DNA of 64,000 nt, from contig JAEYPH010000062.1 in the NCBI GenBank assembly GCA_023410875.1, positions 14,184-78,183 on the forward strand. The letters are read 5' to 3'. The notes below the pieces were generated by a model that was not told where the DNA came from, made no database searches, and saw only the letters and a list, made by a program, of their open reading frames with translations. Position 1 is the stretch's first letter. Every line of letters starts with the position of its first letter. Origin of the DNA: Bacillota bacterium (GTDB taxonomy: Bacteria > Bacillota > Clostridia > Christensenellales > UMGS416). Of the stretch, positions 1-10,365 are shown piece by piece. The translations under genes and the position numbers were made by a program.

Positions 1-1
1 C

Positions 2-379
2 CATGGTTCCATCAATCTTGGCAGGCAGACCTCCTCGACAAAGCTGATTCTGGATGCCGTCACAGAGCTGTTTGAGCGTATCGTTGACAAAAACCTTCTG
101 ATCAGAAGAGTCAACATCACAGCCAATCATGTTGTCGATGAGGCAAAGGTTCAGAATATGGGCAAGTTTGAACAGCTTGATCTTTTCACGGATTACGTGG
201 CTGCCCAGGCAAAAAAAGAGGAGGAAGAAGCCGCGTTTGCACGGGAAAACAGGATGCAAAAAGCAATGCTTCAGATAAAAAAGAGATATGGAAAGAACGC
301 CATTCTAAAGGGTATGAATCTGGAGGAGGGCGCTACCACAATAGACCGGAACAGGCAGATTGGAGGGCACAAGGCATGA
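2..379 (+). CDS. Y-family DNA polymerase (DinB/UmuC-like), C-terminal part; 5' end lies outside the window
   Basis: Frame is open from the window edge. HGSINLGRQTSSTKLILDAVTELFERIVDKNLLIRRVNITANHV..FEQLDLF..IKKRYGKNAILKG resembles the little-finger/C-terminal tail of Y-family polymerases. Stop overlaps the next start (ATGA 376-379). Confidence 0.6.
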   Translation, partial: HGSINLGRQTSSTKLILDAVTELFERIVDKNLLIRRVNITANHVVDEAKVQNMGKFEQLDLFTDYVAAQAKKEEEEAAFARENRMQKAMLQIKKRYGKNAILKGMNLEEGATTIDRNRQIGGHKA

Positions 380-804
380 CTGGAGCATATGACGATATCA
401 TCAATCTACCGCACCATGTCTCTGCGACGCGCCCCAGAATGACAGCTATGAACCGTGCAGCTCAGTTTTCCCCCTTCGCCGCACTGACTGGCTATGATGC
501 TGCCATCAAAGAAACCGCAAGACTGACTGACAAGAGATTAGAATTGGACGAGTACAGCAAGGACGCATTGAGCCATAGGCTGCAAACCGTAGCAGATCGG
601 ATCAAGGAGCGTCCCGAAATCGCAATCGCCTATTTTCTGCCGGATGCAAAGAAGAACGGCGGTGCTTATCTTGCTGCCGTTGGTTCTGTCAAAAAAATAG
701 ACGACTATGAACGGGTTGTCGTTATGACAGATGGCACAGCGATCCCCATCGATGAGATCATCAGCATAGAGGGGCAAGTATTTGAAACGACGTGCGACGG
801 ATAA
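376..804 (+). CDS. YolD-like protein (usual partner of Y-family polymerase genes)
   Basis: 142 aa. Motif RAAQFSPFAALTGYDAAIKETARL is typical of YolD-like proteins. Translationally coupled to the polymerase gene. Confidence 0.6.
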   Translation: MTGAYDDIINLPHHVSATRPRMTAMNRAAQFSPFAALTGYDAAIKETARLTDKRLELDEYSKDALSHRLQTVADRIKERPEIAIAYFLPDAKKNGGAYLAAVGSVKKIDDYERVVVMTDGTAIPIDEIISIEGQVFETTCDG

Positions 805-813
805 AGAACGCAG

Positions 814-837
814 AGGGAGCGCCATATGGCGCTCCCT
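814..837. terminator. GC-rich hairpin between convergent genes
   Basis: AGGGAGCGCC-ATAT-GGCGCTCCCT, a perfect 10-bp stem between the YolD-like stop and the gatB stop. No long U-tract. Confidence 0.4.
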
Positions 838-863
838 GTACTTGATATGTTGAGTTGAAAGGA

Positions 864-2318
864 TTACTCCTTGCCGCTCTCCTCCAGCAGCACCCGCTTG
901 GCCGTTTCCGGGTCGGCCTTGCCGCGGGTTTCCTTCATCATCTGCCCCATCAGGAAGCCAAACACCTTGGGGTTGCCTGCCTTGTGGTCGCGCACGGCGT
1001 CGGCATTGGCGGCGATGACACGGCGGGCGGCCTCGGCCAGCGCGCCGGTGTCGGACACCTTGGCCAGGCCGTGCTTCTCCACAATGGTCTTTGGGTCGCC
1101 TTCTCCTGAGAACATGCGTTCCAGCACGGCCTTGCCCGTGGTGCTGTTGATCGTGCCGCCCTCCAGCAGGTTCACAAGCTCGGCCAGCTGCGCCGGGGTG
1201 AAGGGCAGCGCGGCAAAGGTCGTGCTCTCGTCCTCCTTGACGCGGCGCAGGATGTCGCCCATAAGCAGGTTGCTGACGGCCTTGGCGCTGGCGGCGCCGG
1301 CGGCGGACTCTTCGAAGAAGCAGGCCATGGCCGGGTCGGTCGTCAGGATCGCAGCGTCATATTCCGGCAGGCCGTAGTCTCGCACATAGCGGGCGCGCTT
1401 GGCCTCGGGCAGCTCCGGCAGTGCCTCGGCCAGCCGGGTCATCCATTCGTCGTCCAGCACGATCGGCAGCAGGTCCGGGTCGGGGAAGTAGCGGTAGTCG
1501 TTGGCTTCTTCCTTGCTGCGCATGGCAATGGAGCGGCCCTTGTTGTCGTCCCAGCGGCGGGTCTCCTGCACCACGCGGCGGCCTTCTCCCAGCTGCTCTA
1601 TCTGGCGGGCTGCCTCGCTCTTGGCGGCGCGCACGATGGCCTTCAAGGAGTTGAGGTTCTTCATCTCCGTGCGGGTGCCCAGCGGGCCGCCCACAGGCCG
1701 CACGCTCAGGTTGATGTCGGCGCGCAGGTTGCCCTTTTGCATCTGGCATTCGCTGACGCCGGCAAACTGCAGGATGGCCCGCACGGTGTCCACGAAGGCG
1801 CCGGCCTCCTCGGCGGAGCGGATGTCCGGCTCGGTGACGATCTCGATGAGCGGCACGCCGCAGCGGTTGAAGTCCAGCAGCGTGGAGCGGCCGTAGGCGT
1901 CGTGCAGCGACTTGCCGGCGTCTTCCTCCAGGTGGATGCGGTTGATGCGCACCGCGCCCTCGCGGGCGTTGCCCTGCTCGTCGGTGTAGGCAAAGCGCAC
2001 CAGGCCGCCCTTGCACAGCGGCTGATAGAGCTGGCTGATTTGGTAGGCCTTGGGCAGGTCCGGGTAAAAGTAGTTCTTGCGGTCCATGTTGGCGTGGCGG
2101 TTGATCTCGCAACCCAGCGCCAGGCCGGCGGTCACGCACTTTTCCACGGCCTCGCGGTTGAGCACCGGCAGCGTGCCGGGCATGGCTGTGCACACCGGGC
2201 ATGTGTGGGTGTTGGGCTCGCCGCCGAACTCCGTGGAGCAGCCGCAGAACACCTTGGTTTTGGTGTTCAGCTCGCAATGGATTTCCAGACCGATGACGGT
2301 TTCGTATGCTGTACTCAT
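864..2318 (-). CDS. gatB: Asp-tRNA(Asn)/Glu-tRNA(Gln) amidotransferase subunit B
   Basis: 484 aa. N-terminus MSTAYETVIGLEIHCELNTKTKVFCGCSTEFGGEPNTHTCPVCTAMPGTLPVLN is the GatB signature. Lies 13 nt downstream of gatA. Confidence 0.95.
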   Translation of the reverse strand: MSTAYETVIGLEIHCELNTKTKVFCGCSTEFGGEPNTHTCPVCTAMPGTLPVLNREAVEKCVTAGLALGCEINRHANMDRKNYFYPDLPKAYQISQLYQPLCKGGLVRFAYTDEQGNAREGAVRINRIHLEEDAGKSLHDAYGRSTLLDFNRCGVPLIEIVTEPDIRSAEEAGAFVDTVRAILQFAGVSECQMQKGNLRADINLSVRPVGGPLGTRTEMKNLNSLKAIVRAAKSEAARQIEQLGEGRRVVQETRRWDDNKGRSIAMRSKEEANDYRYFPDPDLLPIVLDDEWMTRLAEALPELPEAKRARYVRDYGLPEYDAAILTTDPAMACFFEESAAGAASAKAVSNLLMGDILRRVKEDESTTFAALPFTPAQLAELVNLLEGGTINSTTGKAVLERMFSGEGDPKTIVEKHGLAKVSDTGALAEAARRVIAANADAVRDHKAGNPKVFGFLMGQMMKETRGKADPETAKRVLLEESGKE

Positions 2319-2331
2319 GGCGTTACCTCGC

Positions 2332-3787
<1,456 letters not shown>

Positions 3788-3801
<14 letters not shown>

Positions 3802-4438
3802 CGTCGGACTCCTGTACCTTGGATCGTTTTCTCAACACAACCGATTGAAAGGCGACGTTGTCGTCGGCCTCAATGACGGTGAACTCCACAATGTCGAAAT
3901 GCCGCTCCAGCACGGCCTTCAGGTGGTCGTGGGCGAAGAAGGAGAAGAACCGCTTGGGTTCGCAGACGTCCTCCTCGCGGACGCCCTCGAAATCTTTGCC
4001 GCCGTACACGCCCATGTGAAAAAGGCCGGCGGGGTTCAGCACGGCGTCGATCTGCCGCAGCACGGCGTCCAGATTGTCCTTGCGCACGTGCAGCAGGCAG
4101 TTCATGGACCACACGGCGTCAAAGGTTCTGTCCAGCTCATTCAGGTGGAAGAAATCCAGCACCTGGGCGCGCAGGCCCTTTTGCCTGCACAGCTCGACCA
4201 TGTTCGGCGACAGATCGGTGGCCGTCACGTCCAGCCCGTGGTCGGCGAAGAACCGGCTGTCCTTGCCGGGGCCCGCGCCGATCTCCAGCAGCGAGGTCTT
4301 GTTCTCCTTCAACAGCAGCTCAAGGAACGCCGATCTGGGGTGCAGCTTCCACGGCTGTATGTCGCCACTTTCCCTGTCCCGGGCGTTGGCGTCGTAGGAC
4401 AGGCGCAACGAAGCCTTAATATCTTCCTGCATGGTCAC
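3788..4438 (-). CDS. class I SAM-dependent methyltransferase, substrate unknown
   Basis: 216 aa. Motif I LLEIGAGPGKD followed by the acidic loop VTATDLS. Its stop overlaps the gatA start by 14 nt, and it lies between gatC and gatA. Confidence 0.8.
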
Positions 4439-4471
4439 CTCTTAACGGTTTTCTTGGGGGCAATGTGCCGC

Positions 4472-4759
4472 TTACTCGATCACCTTGGGCACGGCAAAGC
4501 AGCCGTCCATCTGTTGTGGCGCGTTGGCCAGCAACGCTTCCCGTGCAAAGGGGGAGGGCTCGCCGTCGGCGCGCAGCACGTTCTGTATGGGCAGCACGTG
4601 CTCCATGGGGGCGACGCTGGAGGTATCCAGCTCGTTGATCTCCTGGGCAAAGCCCAATATGCTCTGCATGTCGGCGGCCATGGCCTCCAGCTCCTGCTGG
4701 TTGAAGCTCAGCTTGGCCAGCTTCGCGATGTATGCGGCGTGTTCGGTCGTGATGTCCAT
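4472..4759 (-). CDS. gatC: Asp-tRNA(Asn)/Glu-tRNA(Gln) amidotransferase subunit C
   Basis: 95 aa. MDITTEHAAYIAKLAKLSFNQQELEAMAADMQSILGFAQEINELDT is typical GatC. AAGGAGAG RBS present. Confidence 0.9.
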   Translation of the reverse strand: MDITTEHAAYIAKLAKLSFNQQELEAMAADMQSILGFAQEINELDTSSVAPMEHVLPIQNVLRADGEPSPFAREALLANAPQQMDGCFAVPKVIE

Positions 4760-4783
4760 ATGCTCTCCTTAGGGTTAACGCGC

Positions 4784-6106
4784 TCAGGGTTCCACGCGGT
4801 TCATGTCCCGGGGGAACAGCGCCGCCCAGCGCACGTTGTCCAGCCCCAGCAGTTGCATCGTCAGGCGCTCCAGGCCCAGGCCCAGGCCGCCGTGGGGCGG
4901 CGCGCCGTATTTGTGGGTCATCAGGTATCCTTCGAAATCCGCCGGGTCCAGGCCCATGCGGCGCATCTTGGCCACCTGCATGTCATAATCATGGATGCGC
5001 TGGCCGCCGGAGGTGATCTCCAGCCCGCGGAACAGCAGGTCGAAGCTCAGCGTGACCTCGGGGTTCTCCGGGTCTTCCATGACGTAGAAGGGCCGCGCCG
5101 ACGTGGGGTAGTGGGTCACGAACAGGAACGGGCAGCCCAGCTCCTCCTCGGCGTATTGGCACAGCAGCACTTCTTCCTGGGGCTCTATGTCGTTGTAAGA
5201 CGTGATCTTGCGGCCGTACTTGCTCTCCAGAACCGCCTTGGCTTCGTGGAAGGGGATGGACGGGATGCCATCCTCGCCGATGCGGGGCATCTTGACGTCC
5301 AGCACGCGCAGCTCCTCGGCATACTCGCGCTGCAGCAGGTCCAGCGTGTAGCGCAGCAGGCCGGTCTCCATGTTCATCACGTCGAACATGCCGTCGATGA
5401 AGCCCATCTCAAAGTCCATGCTCGTGTATTCGTTGAGATGGCGGCTGGTGTTGTGGCGCTCGGCGCGGAACACCGGGCCGATCTCGAACACGCGCTCGAA
5501 CACCGGCACCATGGCCTGCTTGTAGAACTGGGGGCTTTGGGCCAGAAACACCTTGCGGTCGAAGTATTGCAGTTTGAAGAGGTTGCTGCCGCCCTCTGCG
5601 CCGGCGCCCACGATCTTGGGTGAATGGATCTCGGTGAAATCCTGCGCCGTCAGATATTCGCGGAAGGCGCGGCTGAGCGCCTCCTGCACCTTGAAGGCCG
5701 CGCGCATGGCGGGGTTGCGCAGCGCAGCCGGGCGGTATTCCAGCGAGGCCTCTATGGAAATGTGGCTCTTGCGTTTGTTGATCGTAACAGGCAGCGGCTC
5801 GGCGAAGCGCGAGAGCACTTCCACGGAGCTTAAGCTGATCTCAAAGCCATAGGCGGCGCGCCCGTCGGCGCGCACGATACCCTGGGCGCGGATGCCGTAG
5901 CCTTCGCGCAGGTCCAGGCATTGGGCGGTCAGCGCCTCGTCGGCCACGCATTGCAGCACATAGCGCCCGGTGCGCAGCATGACGAAGGCGAAGGAGCCCA
6001 TATCGCGGATTTTATGCACAATTCCGCATATTGTTACGGGGCCATTGGCGTTTTTCAGGCCTTCCAAAGTGAGTTTCGGGGGGACCAAACCGGAGACGAC
6101 GGCCAT
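4784..6106 (-). CDS. aspS: aspartyl-tRNA synthetase, archaeal/type-2 form (probably non-discriminating)
   Basis: Class II aaRS motifs FRAERHNTSRHLNEYTSMDFE and GGLGLGLERL. About 440 aa. I moved the start to ATG 6106 (GGAGG 5 nt upstream) from the ORF-track start at 6157, which has no RBS. Operon with gatCAB supports a non-discriminating role (inference). Confidence 0.85.
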   Translation of the reverse strand: MAVVSGLVPPKLTLEGLKNANGPVTICGIVHKIRDMGSFAFVMLRTGRYVLQCVADEALTAQCLDLREGYGIRAQGIVRADGRAAYGFEISLSSVEVLSRFAEPLPVTINKRKSHISIEASLEYRPAALRNPAMRAAFKVQEALSRAFREYLTAQDFTEIHSPKIVGAGAEGGSNLFKLQYFDRKVFLAQSPQFYKQAMVPVFERVFEIGPVFRAERHNTSRHLNEYTSMDFEMGFIDGMFDVMNMETGLLRYTLDLLQREYAEELRVLDVKMPRIGEDGIPSIPFHEAKAVLESKYGRKITSYNDIEPQEEVLLCQYAEEELGCPFLFVTHYPTSARPFYVMEDPENPEVTLSFDLLFRGLEITSGGQRIHDYDMQVAKMRRMGLDPADFEGYLMTHKYGAPPHGGLGLGLERLTMQLLGLDNVRWAALFPRDMNRVEP

Positions 6107-6188
6107 AAAAACCTCCAAACCCGCGGATTTGCCGATCTCCGCGGGAAAATCTTTCATACACGCTTCATGATGGATGATAATTTATACA

Positions 6189-6218
6189 ATTATACTCCTT
6201 TTTGGCAGGGTCGTGCAA
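6189..6218 (-). promoter_or_regulatory. putative sigma-A promoter of the aspS-gatCAB operon
   Basis: Minus strand reads TTGCAC, an 18-nt spacer, then TATAAT, about 75 nt upstream of the aspS start. Confidence 0.35.
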
Positions 6219-6265
6219 GTAGACTTGCAAGGACGTCCATGGATCGATGCATCAAATTTTGTGGT

Positions 6266-6293
6266 TGCTTTTTGACTGTCCTTTTGCTATAAT
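6266..6293 (+). promoter_or_regulatory. putative promoter of tRNA-Thr
   Basis: TTGCTT, a 16-nt spacer, then TGcTATAAT (extended -10), ending 27 nt before the tRNA 5' end. Confidence 0.4.
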
Positions 6294-6319
6294 ACCTTTC
6301 GCACCGGACAAACAATTTT

Positions 6320-6395
<76 letters not shown>

Positions 6396-6437
6396 GAAAG
6401 CAAAAGCCCCACCGCAAGGTGGGGTTTTTGCTTTCTC
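6396..6437. terminator. rho-independent terminator after tRNA-Thr (possibly bidirectional)
   Basis: AGAAAGCAAAAGCCCCACC-GCAA-GGTGGGGTTTTTGCTTTCT. A long stem with a U-run on the plus strand and an A-run on the other side, facing the GntR gene end at 6467. Confidence 0.6.
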
Positions 6438-6466
6438 TTATTACCGCTTCATGAGAATCTGACCGC

Positions 6467-6844
6467 CTACTCCTGGGCATCGTAATGTCGGTTGATCGCC
6501 CGTACAACTTCCTCACGCGATATGCCATGCTCCTTGTAGTACGCAACGTCCTTGGCTATCTTTGCATCCAGCAGCACATGGAGCTTGTTGCGCAGATCGC
6601 GGGCGGTTACGTCAGCGACAAAACAGCCCCGGCCCACCATGGAATGGAGCAAGCCATCGCGTTCCAGCTCCTCCCACGCCTTCTTGATCGTAATCACACT
6701 GACGCGCAGCTGCTTGGCGACGGTGCGTATCGGCGGCAGCATCGTGCCGGGCGGCAGTTTGCCGCTCATGATCTGCGCGCTGAGCTGCTCGTAAATCTGC
6801 TGGTAGATCGGCATATCTGACGCGCCGGAGATGATGATGTTCAT
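6467..6844 (-). CDS. GntR family transcriptional regulator (YtrA subfamily)
   Basis: 125 aa. Winged-HTH PPIRTVAKQLRVSVITIKKAWEELERDGLLHSMVGRGCFV with a short C-terminal tail, typical of YtrA-type regulators encoded with ABC transporters. Confidence 0.85.
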   Translation of the reverse strand: MNIIISGASDMPIYQQIYEQLSAQIMSGKLPPGTMLPPIRTVAKQLRVSVITIKKAWEELERDGLLHSMVGRGCFVADVTARDLRNKLHVLLDAKIAKDVAYYKEHGISREEVVRAINRHYDAQE

Positions 6845-6847
6845 CGA

Positions 6848-7486
6848 TTATAGATCGACTTTCTCAAACCGTTTTACCGAAAGCCGGTAGGAAGCGACGG
6901 TAAACCCGAAGAACAGCGCGATCCCGACAGCCAGCACGCCCAGATGCAAACCGATGTGCTGCGTGCCGTCCAGCACCCGGGCGGCCGGCACAAGCAGGAC
7001 GAGCATTTCGATGCCCGCGGCGATCAGCATGACCACGGCGGTGGCTACAGTAATGGGGATAGCGGTCTTGTAGGCGGTCTTATAGAACATCGGGAGCATG
7101 ATCAGATTGAATATTCCGTAGATCATAAACCCAAAGCCGATGTATGCGATGTTGGCATCAAGCATGAAGCTGCCCTGGGGATAGATCGCCATATTGATCA
7201 GTACGAATGCGGCCGTCACCACTAGCTGCAACAGCTCGAGCAAAGCCATGCTGAGCACGCGCGCCTTCACGATGTCGCGTCGGCGCACCGGCAGCAGCGC
7301 GGTGAACATGAGGTCGTTCTGCGCCTTGGAGCCGGAGAAGATATTGGGCACGGAAAAGAAGAAGAAATACATCAGCGCGAAGAAATACAGCCACTGCGGT
7401 ATCAGCACCAGGGCGCCGAACAGCGACATCAGCAGGAACGATGGGTGTATCGTCAGGCGAAACTCCTTATACACCAAATTCTTCAT
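6848..7486 (-). CDS. ABC-2 type transporter permease / polytopic membrane protein
   Basis: 212 aa and strongly hydrophobic (about 6 TM). Start overlaps the upstream ATPase stop by 4 nt. Confidence 0.65.
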   Translation of the reverse strand: MKNLVYKEFRLTIHPSFLLMSLFGALVLIPQWLYFFALMYFFFFSVPNIFSGSKAQNDLMFTALLPVRRRDIVKARVLSMALLELLQLVVTAAFVLINMAIYPQGSFMLDANIAYIGFGFMIYGIFNLIMLPMFYKTAYKTAIPITVATAVVMLIAAGIEMLVLLVPAARVLDGTQHIGLHLGVLAVGIALFFGFTVASYRLSVKRFEKVDL

Positions 7487-8334
7487 GAAGCACGCTCCTT
7501 CTTGGCGTAATAGATCATGATGTCTTCTAGGCTGGGCGCCTCCACAGCGAGGCCCTCGCCGGCGTGCAGGTCGGCCGTCCGGATCAGCCCGGCGAAGCCA
7601 AACGCATTTTCCTTGCTGGAAATCAAGCGGCTCGTGAGCGTGGGCAGCTGCTCCTGTGTGCCCTTGACCACGCGGTAAGAGGCGATCAGGTCGTCCTTTG
7701 AGCGGCTTTCGATGATACGGCCGTTTTCAATATAGGTGATATAGTCGGCGCACTTCTCCAAGTCGCTCGTGATGTGGGTGGAGAACAGTATGCTTCTCTC
7801 ACCGTCCTCGATCAGCTCCTGGAAAAGCTCCAGCAGGTCATCGCGAGCCACGGGGTCCAGGCCGCTGGTCGGCTCGTCGAGCAACAGCAGCCTTGCGTGA
7901 TGGGACATAGCGAGTGCCAGCGAGTACTTCACGCGCATGCCGCTGGACAATTCGTCCACCCGTTTGTTTTCGTCCAGCGCGAAGCGGCGTATATAGGTGT
8001 TGTAAGTCTTGTCATCCCATCGCGGATAGAAGCGACGCACGACCTGTGTGATGTGTCCAATCCTGCTCTTTTTGTAGTAATCGACGCCACCAATCATTAG
8101 GCCGATCTGCTGCTTGAGTACGAGCTCGTTCTCCACGAAGTCCTGATCCAGTATGCGCACCGTGCCGCCGTCGTGGTGCACCAAATTAAGTATGCATTTA
8201 AGCGTCGTCGTCTTGCCTGCGCCATTGCTGCCGATGAACCCCATGATGTATCCGGTTTCGAGCGAGAACGACACATCGCGCAAGCTGAAACTTGGGTAAT
8301 GCTTGCAGAGCCCCTCCACTGACAATATGGACAT
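7483..8334 (-). CDS. ABC transporter ATP-binding protein
   Basis: Walker A GSNGAGKTT, signature LSSGMRVKYSLALAM, Walker B LLLLDEPTSGLD. Start set at MSILSVEGL (ATG 8334, AGAGAGG RBS) rather than the ORF-track start at 8376. Confidence 0.9.
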   Translation of the reverse strand: MSILSVEGLCKHYPSFSLRDVSFSLETGYIMGFIGSNGAGKTTTLKCILNLVHHDGGTVRILDQDFVENELVLKQQIGLMIGGVDYYKKSRIGHITQVVRRFYPRWDDKTYNTYIRRFALDENKRVDELSSGMRVKYSLALAMSHHARLLLLDEPTSGLDPVARDDLLELFQELIEDGERSILFSTHITSDLEKCADYITYIENGRIIESRSKDDLIASYRVVKGTQEQLPTLTSRLISSKENAFGFAGLIRTADLHAGEGLAVEAPSLEDIMIYYAKKERAS

Positions 8335-8355
8335 GATTAACCTCTCTTTCGGAGA

Positions 8356-8405
8356 TTGTGTATAAATGGTATGCACAATATACTATTTTCTCGGAAGCCT
8401 GTCAA
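8356..8405 (-). promoter_or_regulatory. putative promoter plus inverted-repeat operator of the ABC-permease-GntR operon
   Basis: Minus strand reads TTGACA, a 17-nt spacer, then TATATT, followed immediately by the inverted repeat TTGTGCATA-CCATT-TATACACAA (one mismatch). This placement fits YtrA-type autoregulation. Confidence 0.45.
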
Positions 8406-8494
8406 GCATGGTAAGGAGTTTGCAGGAGTTGTTTCTGCGAGCCGACCTTGCTTTATGACTCAGGATATAGTTCGATGTTTTTTGCTATATGGAT

Positions 8495-8562
8495 GCTGAT
8501 GTAGCTCAGGAGGGAGAACAGTAAGGACGAGGTCACCAGTTCGAATCTGTTTAAGAGCTCCA
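8495..8562 (+). pseudogene. decayed tRNA-Thr copy
   Basis: GTAAGGACGAGGTCACCAGTTCGAATCTGtTTAAGAGCTCCA matches the 3' 43 nt of the tRNA at 6320-6395 with one mismatch. The 5' part keeps only GCTnnnnTAGCTCAG. The anticodon-stem 5' half is missing and the acceptor stem has 2 mismatches. The upstream TTTTGCTATA matches the -10 region of the intact gene. Confidence 0.6.
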
Positions 8563-8568
8563 GTAAAA

Positions 8569-8616
8569 CCTCGGTTGAACGCTCACTTATGAGTGATTCA
8601 ATCGGGGTTTGTTTTT
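8569..8616 (+). terminator. rho-independent terminator after the tRNA remnant
   Basis: CCTCGGTTGAA...TTCAATCGGGG forms an 11-bp stem (two G-U pairs), followed by TTTGTTTTT. Confidence 0.5.
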
Positions 8617-8761
8617 GTACTCTGGACAACATAGCGAACCGAGTCGAGATCGCTTGGCAGAGGCTATCACTGCCTCTAGCTATGCGTTTTTATTCAGTTC
8701 CTTAGCCTTTGCCAGGTGTAGCACGACGAGCTACTCTGCCCCTTTGCTCATGTGATGCGGT

Positions 8762-8796
8762 GAAAAGAAAAGACCGCCCTCAGATGAAGGCGGCCT
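8762..8796 (-). terminator. rho-independent terminator of the 8812-9555 gene
   Basis: Minus strand reads GCCGCC-TTCATCTGAG-GGCGGTC followed by TTTTCTTTTC. Confidence 0.5.
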
Positions 8797-8811
8797 GCGA
8801 CGGATCGCATT

Positions 8812-9555
8812 TTAGTTGTTTTCAAATACCATGGTTATCTTTTCGTTGTTAAAGAAACTGAATGCCGCGGCGTCAAGATCAATCTGAATTTTCATCCAGC
8901 CTTTCGGCACCTCATATGCCAATTGACCACGCAGTTTCTTACCTGCTGCAATAGTACCGTCCATCGTCTTAATCGAGTCGTCTGCTATCTGTGCAGATAT
9001 GGATTCGTTCATTGCTAGATCATCAACGTAAGCGTCAAACATAATCATAGAGCTGAAACTAACCTCTGAATCAGATGTGTTTTCGGCCAAAAGGACGATT
9101 TGGACAAACTCCTTACCATCTTCGGGTTTGTTGTATTCGTCTCCTTTAACTTTTTTAAAGCTTTCTATTGTCAGTTTAAACTCAGACGCTTGAATGACAT
9201 CCCCGGTGGTGAAGGTCTGGACGCTCGGAGACGACGACGCATCCTGTCCGGGCTCGCCTGAGGTCTTGCCTACTAACGAGGGAGGAGTCGCGGTAGCGCT
9301 TAGCGCGTCTGATACGGACGACATGCAGGATACGAAGACAATGATCACGATAATGATTATGACACCCAGTGCGATCAAGGATGCGATCAAGCAGCCCCTT
9401 TTCTTCTTTTGGGGTGGGTTTTGAACCACGTAAACGGGGGAGGGCTGCGGAGCTTGCGAGGATTGTGCTGGCGCTACGCCGGAAAGGGCTTGCCCGCACT
9501 TTTGACAAGAGATTGCTTTGTCGTCGTTCTGAGCACCACATTTGTTGCAATACAT
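8812..9555 (-). CDS. zinc-ribbon, single-pass membrane protein with extracytoplasmic beta-rich domain (DUF4352-like, from memory)
   Basis: 247 aa. N-terminal CxxC..CxxC (MYCNKCGAQNDDKAISCQKCG), a PQ-rich linker, a TM segment (LIASLIALGVIIIIVIIVFV), then a soluble domain. AT-rich gene. Confidence 0.6.
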   Translation of the reverse strand: MYCNKCGAQNDDKAISCQKCGQALSGVAPAQSSQAPQPSPVYVVQNPPQKKKRGCLIASLIALGVIIIIVIIVFVSCMSSVSDALSATATPPSLVGKTSGEPGQDASSSPSVQTFTTGDVIQASEFKLTIESFKKVKGDEYNKPEDGKEFVQIVLLAENTSDSEVSFSSMIMFDAYVDDLAMNESISAQIADDSIKTMDGTIAAGKKLRGQLAYEVPKGWMKIQIDLDAAAFSFFNNEKITMVFENN

Positions 9556-9635
9556 AGTCGATCCTCCTCATATTCTGGCGTGTATATCCAAACTATCATA
9601 TACTACCTGCGAAGATTGTCGAATGGTGCCAGATC

Positions 9636-10220
9636 TTATTCTATAGTCAAGATTTTGCTTACTTTTATTTTGCCGCGAGAAGCCATAACCTCAACCGTAA
9701 GGTCTGAGGCATCTCCCGCTTTATAGGCGCAGAATACCTTTTGTATGGCTCCGGGCTGCACTTTGTTTGAGGATGAAGCGTAATCGATTTCTGTATTTCC
9801 TATAATAAAGAACTGGCTGAGTTGCACGCCGTTCTGGTAAACTGTCGTATCAAATTCAGAACTGAAGGTAGTCACTTCGTCACCTTTATTTGTCCATTCG
9901 TAAACGATAATGACCAATTCTGTGTCGCCGAAAGATTCTCCCGTAATTGCTTCGAGTATTTTTACGTCGTGGCTGCCCGGCATTTCCGGTTTAACTGTCT
10001 GGGTTAGAACTGGATATTCAGTGGATGTTGCAATATAGCCGATAAGAGCCGGAACTATGATTACGACAACACCTAAAAAGAGAACGCCGAATGTGACCAA
10101 TCCAGCGATTAAGCACCCTGATGTTTTCTTTTTAACCGGTATCTTGGGTACGGGTGCGCCGCATTTCGTGCAATAATCCGCTCCTGCCATGAGAGGACTG
10201 CCACATCTTCTACAGTTCAT
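9636..10220 (-). CDS. zinc-ribbon, single-pass membrane protein (same architecture as 8812-9555)
   Basis: 194 aa. MNCRRCGSPLMAGADYCTKCG, a TM segment, then an extracytoplasmic domain. AT-rich. Confidence 0.55.
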   Translation of the reverse strand: MNCRRCGSPLMAGADYCTKCGAPVPKIPVKKKTSGCLIAGLVTFGVLFLGVVVIIVPALIGYIATSTEYPVLTQTVKPEMPGSHDVKILEAITGESFGDTELVIIVYEWTNKGDEVTTFSSEFDTTVYQNGVQLSQFFIIGNTEIDYASSSNKVQPGAIQKVFCAYKAGDASDLTVEVMASRGKIKVSKILTIE

Positions 10221-10365
10221 GTCGCGCTCTCCAGTGGTGCCTACAGTATCTTACGGGTAAGGCCATGACGAAGGAGGCATTATAGTAATCGCCTGGATTA
10301 TACCAATTCATCCATGTGTTATCAATAAAAACTGCAAAAAGTTGCCGAAGAATGCCGTTTTCACA

